Below are positions 47,856 through 64,000 of a stretch of 64,000 nt of DNA, one piece after another. Below the pieces are notes generated by a model, which did no database searches, was not told where the DNA came from, and was given only the letters and a program-made list of their open reading frames with translations. Both the position numbers and the translations under genes were made by a program. This DNA comes from Amoebidium appalachense (taxonomy: Eukaryota > Protista > Ichthyosporea): positions 12,550,161 through 12,614,160 of the forward strand of contig CAVNZM010000001.1 in assembly GCA_963693365.1 (NCBI GenBank). Direction: 5' to 3'. Position 1 is the first letter of the stretch. Each line of letters opens with the position of its first letter.

Positions 47856-48443
47856 TTTCAATGGTTTGTTTTAGCCCTGGTGGCTACAACGCAAGTCAAA
47901 AAAAGTAAATGACCTGTAGAGTATAATACTGCGTTCGAGGGCCACTAATAACTTGATAGTTGTCAACACCTCTTTATAAATCCGCTATCATCAGTCCCTA
48001 TAATAAACATCACTCTGCAGTGACAAGAAGTTTCCCGGAGCTCTGACTTTGTGTGCATCCCCTTCAACATGTTGGAGGCTAAATAAATTTTTATAACCGG
48101 CACCCATCAACCGATTATCGGCAACCAATCCAATTACCTAAAAACGAGCCTGTTTTGGTTATCATGCTTACGTAATCGTGACGCATCTGCATTCCTGGCA
48201 CTCTTTTATCCGGTCGCCCGGGCCGGCTTCATAGTCTTTCTCTATGTACGTGACATCACCAGTGTCGTCATGTTGATTGTTTTTATTAGCTTTTAATCTT
48301 ATTATTGTCTCTGTGAGTATTTGTTTTAGACTACAATTGTTTCAGTTTTTTTCGTTTCTGTTTTTGCTTTGCCGCAACCACTTTGTTTCTTTTTGTCTTT
48401 TCCACCCAGTCAAGCCCGCTTTTCCTTCCCCCAGGCCGCCACC
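47856..48443. promoter_or_regulatory. Compact bidirectional promoter, SCAMP / cyclophilin
   Basis: About 590 bp between divergent ATGs, microsatellite-free, with CCAAT (~48125) and CRE/bZIP-like TTACGTAA, TGACGCA and TGACATCA motifs (48167-48258). Confidence 0.55.
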
Positions 48444-52470
<4,027 letters not shown>

Positions 52471-52481
52471 TGGGTGAGTAC

Positions 52482-52535
<54 letters not shown>

Positions 52536-52584
52536 TAGGTTTACGTGTGGGTGGGTGGGTGGAGGGAGGATGTGTGTGTGTGTG

Positions 52585-52619
<35 letters not shown>

Positions 52620-52675
52620 GTGTGTAGGCGTATATTTACATGTGGGTGGGTGTGTGGGTGGGTGGAGGGAGGATG

Positions 52676-52739
<64 letters not shown>

Positions 52740-53075
52740 GCGTTTGGTGAGCGTACGTGTATTGTTTGTTGGCAGAGGGGGGGAAGGGGGGGGGGGGGGG
52801 GGGGGAGGAGAAGTGGGGGGGGCAATGGGGTATACCATTCAGGATAGGTGGAGAGGCTTTGTGTGTGTGTGTGTGTGTGCGTATGATGATCGTGGTCGTG
52901 GTGTTTTTATGGGGTGGCGGATACGGTGGGGAAGGGGGGGATGCAGGTATAAAGGGGATGGGTGCTGGTGGGGGTGTTGATGACTGGTGGGAATGAATAG
53001 ACCTGTGAGAAGGACGGATGGACGTGGCGGTGTTGCCTTCGGGGTGGGCGGGCGGAAGGGCGAGCACCGGGGGAA

Positions 53076-53112
<37 letters not shown>

Positions 53113-54563
53113 GGGCCTGTTTAGTATCATAGAAAAGCCCGGTGGTATCGCTGGACACTCGGGTTATTTTCTCTTGTTGTACGACCAGTCAGGTGGTAAT
53201 TTTTTTAAGTGGAGTATGTGAACTCTTGGCTGACCTGTGTGGGCTGGGTGGCAGGCTGCAACACAACTCCATGGCGGCTTATATATGGTGATGGTGTCAG
53301 CCAATAATTTCTTTGGTTGCGTGAAAAACTTGGTTCCCAGGGAAGGGCATGCGCAGGGGCCCGGGGATCGCAAGGGGCTGCTTGATTTTTCGTGAATGTA
53401 TCTTCATTATTCAGCTTGCAGTGTTCACTTGGATAACTGATGCTGTATGTCCATAGGCTTGGTATGTGAGATGCTATATCACACCGCAATGTTGGAAACA
53501 GCAAGCCACGTTAGCTTTATAAGCACGTTATTTGTATTGCAGTGCGGATGCATAAAGCCCTGCCGGGTCACGTACACTGTAGCTATGGTAGCTATAGGTC
53601 AAATAAAAAGACGGTGAGCTGATGTGAACAGTAAAAGTTTAGACATGGCTTATCATATATACGATGATCCGATCCGGATCCTCGACTACATTTGGGATCT
53701 TATGCGGCAACGAGTCCATGGTGAACTGTATCACACCCACCGGCCGAGTCATAAACACACGTGTTGCACATAGGGGCACGTGCCGCGCTGGCATAAACAC
53801 ACCGGGTAGCACCTGTGTACACGTGCAAACACACACACACACATCACCACCCACTGTACGCACACGTCCAGACATCACGGCACCAGCCCACCTACATATA
53901 TGCACACACGTGCGCACACACACCACCTAACGTACGTGCAAGCGCACCCACCTTACAAAACCGAGGCCTAGTCACCACCACCACCATCACCACCTAATAT
54001 CTGCTCATTGTGCACGCACATAGCTAGCCAACTCGATCGACCCTCCAGATCTGGGGCCGAGGCGGCCCATGCCGCTGAGCTCGACGATAAATATTAGGCC
54101 AAAAACGAGGGACATTTATGTGTTGCACGTCCATGATCATGTCACACCCTTCTCGAGCAAGTATATGCTGCACACCTCTAATTAATTATAATGTAAATTT
54201 ATTCAACCCCCTATAGAATTTCGCGGGGAATGCGTATCATTTGTATGCCTTTACAAAGCTGTAGTTTAACGTTTTTGAAGAAAGGAAAAATTATTATATT
54301 CTCAAAACCACCGTCCCCCCCAGGAGCCGACAACGTCCGCCAGCCATCATAATACAGGGGTTCATACCGTATACAATTCTCTCTAGCTGTCACCATAATG
54401 ATTTCGCTAATATTAACTTTGAACCTAACTATAGCACAGGGTAGATATATTCGCACACCATCACATCATCCAAGCACACTTTTGTGTCATTTATGCCGGA
54501 CAATGGCTGTGAGATACACCGCTACCTCAGCCATTCAACAGTCATACTAAACCACACACTCTA

Positions 54564-54612
<49 letters not shown>

Positions 54613-54966
54613 ACACAGGCCCCAAAACCCCCCCCTCCCCCCGGGGGAGATATAGCATAAAAAAAAAAAGAGAGAGACGAAAAATGCCGACATATACACA
54701 ATCCGGTGATCACATACGCACTAATAGCACACGTCACCTAGACCCAAGTCTCCTTTCCCACCCAACCCAGTCGGAGAGCTTCACCTCTTCAACACGCACC
54801 TATTGAAACCCGCACCACACCATCCCCCCACACCACCATTGCCACACATGGCCACACACACATAGCATGAGTACACCATATCCCACCACCTACCACACCG
54901 TGTTCCAACACACATACACATCACACAAACACCCCCACACGCACACACCCACAGAAAGTGTGCGCA

Positions 54967-56862
54967 TCAAAACACCGCCGCTGCCGGTGCGCCTTGGTCC
55001 CCCATAGGCTCCCTTGTAGGTAGCAGTGAGGTAAAGAAGTTCACAAAGAAGCTCTCAATCTCTTGCATGAGTGTAGGCCTGGGCGCCGGGACTGGAGGCA
55101 CATCCGCTGGCCTTTCAACCGCGGTGGCAGGTTGCGGTGCAGCGGGTGCGTTTCCCCCTTCATTTTCTTGGTTTTCGGCGTTGTTTGGTGTTTCGCCTGG
55201 TGCAGGGGCTGGGGGTTGTGCGGGTGCTGCAGGGGGCACGGGGGCGTTGTTTGGGTTTTGCTGCTCGTTGTTGCCAATCAGAAACCCTAGCCGGTCCGTT
55301 TGGTGCCTGGGGGGGGAGGGAGGGATAATAGGGGTTAGGATGTGTTCATGTGTAAGTATACACCCATGACGGACAGAGCAACGCATGCGCAGATTGCAAA
55401 GTACACATACAAAGTATGCATCGTATGTGTGTGCGGACAGGTGTGTCTGCAGGCATCTGCATGTGTATGTTTGTGGGCATTTCACGGTCGGTCGTGTGTG
55501 TTTGTGCCTCAAAACAAGTGACTTTGTGTTTGTTGGCGTGGTCCACACATGCTAGTGGAAAAATACATAAGCATATGTCTTTTGTCTGGTATGCTTGCAC
55601 AGACGTGCATGTGCAGGCAGCCCACACGTGCAAACAAAATGCCAGCATAAGTGACACACACATATTGGGGGGGAAGGGGGGGGTTTTGAATGCGTCAAAA
55701 AGTACGAAGTACACAAGAACAAACGGATAACACGATGCAGAATGCAAGCCATACATAAAGAGTATGCATAATAAGCAGAGCCCATCCTCAGGGGGGGCCC
55801 ACGTCATCCACAGTACCCGAGTTTCGACCTATTCCCCTCGTTAACGAAACCCAACTCAGATACTGGGGGGAAGGGGGGGGGGGGGGGGGGGGGGGGGGGA
55901 GGGGGCGGGCATGCAAGGGCACGAGCACACAAAATCAACGATGGCCAGTTGCATGCATGCAACTTGTTGCAAGGAATGAAGAAAAAAGCAAACACCCGTC
56001 GGAACGATGTGCTTGTGCATGGTTGCATGTGTGAGTACAAGTAGGTCTGTGCGCCCGCTGCGCGGGCACCGACTGAAGCTGCGGTCTATTGAGCTGGGGG
56101 TCTGCCAGCTGGTGTCTGAAATCTTAAAACCATAGAAACTCTCTCAGGTGGGTCTGGGCGCCTGCTGCGCGGGCGCCGGTGGAAGATGATAGTACGGATG
56201 GTAGAAAAGAAGTTGGGGTCTGCCAGCTGTGTGTCTGAATCCTAGACTCTGAAAACTCTCTTTTCTTTCAAGTTTTCTTTATTGGCCGGTTCCGAAACCC
56301 GCGCAAGGCGGCTTCCGCCAGCGTTAAATATATTTGGTGTTGGAAATAAACGGGGGTCAAAGGGGCTCCACAATCGGGGTCAAGGGGGTCCACAAACATA
56401 CATTCAATGAAGACGCTAAATGGCCAATGATAGCCGGAAACTGTTTTAAAATTCTTGCCGATTTTCCTAAATAAATGAGCATTCCATTGTTGGTTGTAAA
56501 CTTTATGAATATTTCTACTGAAATAGTGATTGCGGCACCCATTTTTTTGTAATTCGCTCACGAAACTGTCGGATAATCGCATATTCTGTTCCACAATTTA
56601 GCTCCCCGACACGTACCCTTCACGTACGTGCGTGCGGGTGCCTTTTGGGACAGTCGTTCTAAGGGTTTTTTGCTAATAAAACCCACACTTTTAGATTAAT
56701 AAGGTTTTTAATGCATGTATACAGTAACTATTTCTTAGCTTTGATATATTTGTGTGTATCTATTAAGGTTTTGCGGGCATTGAAAAATGGGCCCTAGCTG
56801 GTCAAACTCCGGAATTTGCCTTGAAGGTCGGAGAGGTCTTTTAAGTTTGAGTAATACGAGTA

Positions 56863-56907
<45 letters not shown>

Positions 56908-57145
56908 GTGTGTTTGTGTGTTGTGTCTCGTTTGCGAATGTGTGTGACTGACTGTACGCACGTGGGTACGCTCGTGTCTGTCTGCATGCTCCCGTGCGTG
57001 CACACGCGCGCAAGTGTGTGTTGCGCATATTGTTTTGTTTTTCATGAGTGTGTGCGCGCGCGCATGTCTGTGTCTATGTGTATGCGCCCGCGAGTGTCTG
57101 TGTGTGTGCCCGCGCGTGTGCGTACTACAATTGAACAGCAATGCA

Positions 57146-57184
<39 letters not shown>

Positions 57185-60088
57185 TTACAAGAACACCACG
57201 ATAGCAATAACGATAATCGCGGCCATCTTGACCGTGCTAGCGCCCCTACCAAACAGGTACACAAACAGGCCCAGTTTCAGCAGCACCAGTGCCTGGTTCT
57301 GGGGCCTGGGCCTATCCCAGTTTTCATCGTCATCAAATTCAGCCATGGCAACAGGCACAGGGTTGTTTGCACGTCCACCAACACCCCCTGCTCCCTGAGG
57401 GGCTCCGGCGTCACCACCGGCGGCACCGACTGCTCCTTCGGCACCGGCAGCACCGGCAGCCGCGGCGGCCGCACCCAATCCCTGTGTATGTGTATAAAGT
57501 GTAAGTGGCACGTTGTGTGATCAAGTACACAGTGGGGTTCAGGTAGGTTGTAAGGTGGTCGACAGTAGACTTGTATGTGTATATGCGCGCAAAAACGTGT
57601 GTGTGCACACGTTCGAATAAGTAATAGAGTACGAAGCACAGATAGAGAGTATGCATTAAGGGGGAGGATATGGGACGCAAGTCCCTGATCAAGGGACAGA
57701 AAGTAAACACCCCGAACGATGTCGCAGTTCAGAGAACACAACTAGCACCGACACCATGAACAGCTACTACTGAGGCATAGACACAAACGGCTCAGAAGTG
57801 CATGTTTCCTCAACCACCAAACTCCTCAATCGGCCCAAGCCTCATCCTCCCCCCACCCACCACAACTTTCAATCTCCGAGAACACACACACATGCGCGTG
57901 CACGCGCGTGCACATTCACACGAGTACGCACACACCCACACGCAAGTGCATGTACGCACGCGCGCGCGCGCGCGCACACACACACACACACCAAACAGAC
58001 ACAAACGAACACATGCACGTACGAACAAATGTCCACACCCACCCACACCCACACACGTACACATGCAAAACATACACACACACACACCCACGCACACATG
58101 CAAAACACACACACACATACACACACACAAACAAACAAACAAACAAACACACACACACAAACACACACGCGCGCACGTACATGCGCACGAACACTCACAC
58201 CCACGCACGCAGCCCCCCTCCCCCCTCCCTCCCCCTCACCCTCCCTTACCCCCCCCCCCCCCCCCCCCCCCCCTCCCCAGAAAAAAGACGAAGAAGCCCA
58301 AAGAGAAAACACCCCCCACCCACGCACCCACCTGTGGCTGTGCACCCCCAGGCACGGGGTACTGCGCCTGTGCAGCAGATGATGCCTGGTACTGCACCCA
58401 CTGCTGCGCATACTGCTCGTACCAGCGCATATACTCCTCCCGGTAGCTCTGTGCCGCATGAACACCAGCAGCACTACCCTGGCCCGGCTGTTGCGTCGCC
58501 TGGCCCGACCCGGCAAAGTAGCTGGGCAGAGCATAGTACGCATAGTACCACTGCCAGTATCGGTACATCATCTCTGCATTCGGTGTGCCATGTGCATGCA
58601 TGTGCGCATGTTGACCTTGTGCCTGCGCAACCGCCTGTGCTTGCGCCTGTGCCTGCACGTGCGCTTGTGCTTGTGCCTGTGCCTGTGCTTGTTGTGATGG
58701 GGATGCAGGTGCTACTGGCGTTGTTGGTCTTTCCTGTGGTTCGTTTGCGCTTACTGCGGCTGGTGGGTTTGGTTTGGGGGCCGACACGGCCCCAGCCACG
58801 ACAAGATGTACGGTGGTTACTGTGTCGGAAGTTGGCTGCAAATGACGCATGTGAGCCAGCCTGTTTGCAAGCAAGGGATGACAAGGACAAGTAAACAGCG
58901 CGCCTCAAAGCGACACATCCCTCCACCACACTCCATATTCCCCCCCCCCCCCCCCCCCCCTCCCCGCTCCCCCAACAGACACACACACTCACCACCACGC
59001 ACATAAACACAGGCGAAACCCCTTGTCTGCGCTCCAAACACCATCGAGACTGCAATATGAACACAAACTGCACACAAACATGCACACACTACAGGGAAAC
59101 ACAGAGTATTGTGCAGCCATTTCGAACAGCATTCAACCACAACCACACACCATTTCTGGCCAGGAAAAACAGTGTTAAGAGCTACTTCAACTTTGAAGGT
59201 CACCACCGTGCAAGCCCTCAGCGTCACTACAAAGAGCATATACACACACCCCTCCCTGCCCGCAAGCCCCCAGCCAAAGAAAACGAACACATCCAAATAA
59301 TGCTCAGCAGAAGCAGAGAAGAACGTGTGCTTCGGTACAGCTTCCTGCACGCACACCGTAGCAAGTGCACCAACACGCTTATGACACTAAACATAAGGGT
59401 GCATAAAAGCTTAAAAATCGGCAATCAGGCATAAACCTTTCCACAAAGTCACACGAGCACAAACATGCACATGCCAGCGCACGCACACACAGATGGGAAT
59501 CATGTTCACAGACAAGGTTGCACATACCCGCGCACAACATGCAGGTACGCACCTAACACCAAATAACTTTGTGCACACGAGTGCCCACATCACCAGGTAC
59601 ACACACCTGTGACACCCACGACAGCACGGAGACACACAGCGGACACACACATCCACACACACACACACACACACATACGTAAGTCTACACTGCCCGAACA
59701 TTAGAGGACACGTGCTCCTAACTCGACCCTCTCTAACCGGTGCCATAACGTAGTTTTGGTTAACTGGCCTATTCTGCATCTTTCACGACTTCTCCTTGGA
59801 CGCCTCCCGACTTACAGACAGATAATCAGCAAATCAAGCAATTTCTTCTACAACTCAACGAGAACTCACCAGGTTCAGCACCGTTGCAAGCGTGGCCCAT
59901 TCGTTCAACATCTTCCCGCTGTAAATCAGCTTCTGGGCTTCCGGTTCTGGATGTCTGGAGTGCCTAGCGCCTATCAACTCCTTTAGATGGCGCACTGTGT
60001 TGGACACCCCAACCTCTATGTGAATGTCTGGGTTGCTGCCGTCAGCTGTTCGCACCACCACCGTTACGTTCTCAGAAGCACCGTCCAT
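54967..60088 (-). CDS. HERPUD: HERP/HERPUD-like ER membrane ubiquitin-like domain protein (ERAD), 4 exons
   Basis: Exon 1 60088-59870 UBL (VRHLKELI...HPEPEAQKLIYSGKML); exon 2 ~58836-58332 (TVHLVV, Y/W/Q-rich linker); exon 3 ~57482-57189 (DDDENWDR + TM segment); exon 4 ~55306-54967 with the C-terminal FFTSLLP motif typical of HERP. Confidence 0.88.
55684..55865 (-). mobile_element. Poly(C)-associated retroposon-like element, subfamily A, 5'-truncated, with TSD
   Basis: Matches the last ~180 nt of 20698-21600; flanked on both sides by GGGGG(G)AAGGGGGGGG (55667-55683 and from ~55866), an apparent target-site duplication. Confidence 0.8.
56038..56865 (-). mobile_element. Helitron-like non-autonomous element with duplicated 3' end
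   Basis: Minus strand starts TCATACTCGTATTACTCAAACTTAAAAG and ends with the GC hairpin GCCCGCGCAGCGGGC ~12 nt before CTTG|T. The terminal ~110 bp is tandemly duplicated (56041-56147, 56148-56262). No TIR or TSD. The 5' flank is G rather than the canonical A. Confidence 0.5.
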
Positions 60089-61298
60089 TTTTCAAAAACC
60101 GTAACTCGTAACAAGAAAAAAAACGTTGTAAAGTGGATGGAAGAGACTATGCAGAATAGCCTTGAAAAAAAGCGCTGCTTGCTAGGGAAACGAGTTAGCA
60201 AGATGTGGTCCGGAAAACTTCCCGTCGGCGTCTCAGCTCGTCTAAACAAGAGGGTGCCTTCCAGGGCGAATAAGTCATAGAACATTAGTCAACTTGCGAA
60301 CGCTTCGTATATATGTGTGGGACAAAATGATGAAATATTTTTTTTCTAACAGACCATCTGCTTTCAGTTCTTCCCTACTCTTCAACTTTTCAAGGCTGTC
60401 TGTCTGTCTGCATCATGAGCTGTCTGTCTGACTGTCTGTGTCCGGCTCAGTCGCCAGTATACGGGCGTGATTTATCCTCTGTTTGATTGGTGAAAAACAA
60501 AGCGTTGATGATTTTTCAGAACATGGTTGGATAAAACGTCATCACGAAGAATTGTGAAATCGCCGTGGTAGAAATGTCGCTTTTTATTGCGACCAATCAT
60601 AGAGCTCACAAAATTATTTATAGTGTAAGAATTTGTAAAAGGTGACTGATTGTTCCACGTATACAGCTCTCGATTTTTTAGGCCTACAAGTGGTTCTTTA
60701 AACCTCAAATCATGCCCTTGAATTACTTTATTACTTTAAATGGATGCGTGGGTGTGCGCCGACGATGCAGTTCCGCACAGTTGCAAATGTTCCGTTTCGG
60801 TCTCAGAGGCTTCACACGTATGTATACCGTAGGAACATATGTTCATAACTCTGCCCTGCAAAATCCTCAGACTCCAAATAATCATTTTTTCTTGATAAGC
60901 ACGTGTTTTTTTTTTCTCGGAATGACACTGATAGCGCACGCCGGCCTCGGAATTACCAAACAAAGTAATTTATCGCGGCACCAGCTTTCGGCCCCTTCTG
61001 ATTAGCTGATATTTTTAGTTTATTGTTCCCGGATGACCAAGAGGAAGATCAAACTTGCAGTCCTGTTTACATGCTCAAAATGAAAAACGGGATATACATG
61101 GATATCACTTCTTCAATTTAAAGAAATGTTCTTGTTATAAAACTCAATATTTACAATAATAATCTATCAGCAAAATGGACGCTAATTATAGCTTCATGGA
61201 CTGGCTGCCCTGGTGTGCAAATCTAATTTTAAAGGGGTGTGTATAAGAGAAACCGAAAGTTTGGGCTCATATAATTATCTAGGGAGACAACCAGACTC

Positions 61299-61673
61299 CA
61301 GGGTTGACCATGGCCCTTGGGCCAATCGTAACGGACTATTTCTTAATCGTAGTGGGGGGGGGTTCTTGTGAAGCGTTCAGCCCCGTCGAATAAGCCCCTC
61401 CGGTCAAAAATTTCAAAATGCGCATTTTTACAAATTGAGTATTGCAGGATTACAGGCCCAGAGCACTGATCGGGGCTCGATATTTTAAAGCAAGAGAGCT
61501 GCAGATAGGTTCTGAACAGAAATACTGAAAAAATAGGCAAGATTAGATAGTCGAGCATATTTTACGCTAAACACCTGATACGAAAGCTGTTACGACGGCA
61601 GCCCAACCTTATTCGTATCGGGGTCTCTCGTTAATCGTAATAACGACGATTTTCGTTCGTAATCCCTACCCTG
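61299..61673. mobile_element. hAT-like MITE
   Basis: CAGGGT...ACCCTG termini; 8-bp flanks CCAGACTC / CCAGGCTC (1 mismatch); repeated sub-terminal AATCGTAA-like motifs at both ends. Confidence 0.5.
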
Positions 61674-61899
61674 CCAGGCTCGCTGTGCTGATTGGTTCCC
61701 GAGAAGCGATGCAAAGCTCACAACCCACTCACTGAGTTGAGTGTCCTTTTGGCTTCAGTGTTGATTTTGCATCAAAGCTGTTACGAGCCAAGAGTGTTTG
61801 AGTTGAAAGTTTAGTCAGACATATATAAGCTGCAAAAAAGTCGGGGCCTGTTTGATACCTCGCCATACTACTTCATTGATCTTAGTGTCGACTGGCTGG

Positions 61900-64000
<2,101 letters not shown>

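Noticed and set aside
53150-54460. Complex-sequence patches with short ORFs between cyclophilin and HERP (similar patches at 30800-30990, 33575-33900 and 39030-39410)
   Set aside because: No consistent spliced frame or recognisable family; could be UTR, TE relics or an unrecognised gene.

Overview
Intron-dense eukaryotic DNA, probably from a unicellular opisthokont/holozoan (inference from gene content). Introns are packed with (CA)n/(GT)n, (GA)n/(CT)n and 15-60 nt poly(G)/poly(C) tracts, so nearly all ORFs in the supplied track are microsatellite artefacts. Manual exon reading recovers six genes: a RUN-domain (PLEKHM1-like) gene (-, runs off the left edge), a 29-exon HIP1/Sla2 gene (+), intronless Gemin7 (-), SCAMP (-), a cyclophilin (+) and a HERP/HERPUD-like UBL protein (-). 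There is also a decayed intronless ORF. Non-autonomous mobile elements include Tc1/pogo, Kolobok-like, hAT-like and Helitron-like elements, and a copia-type TRIM with a half-tRNA-iMet primer site. The most unusual signals are: (1) a family of 5'-truncated retroposon-like elements whose shared 3' end abuts poly(C), with a G-tract TSD in one copy and a covarying RNA structure; (2) a ~145-nt hairpin built with periodic tandem G.A mismatches; (3) a U12-type intron in HIP1; (4) a tandem array of duplicated splice acceptors. Coordinates were counted by hand and may be off by a few bases, and homopolymer lengths may be assembly-inexact.
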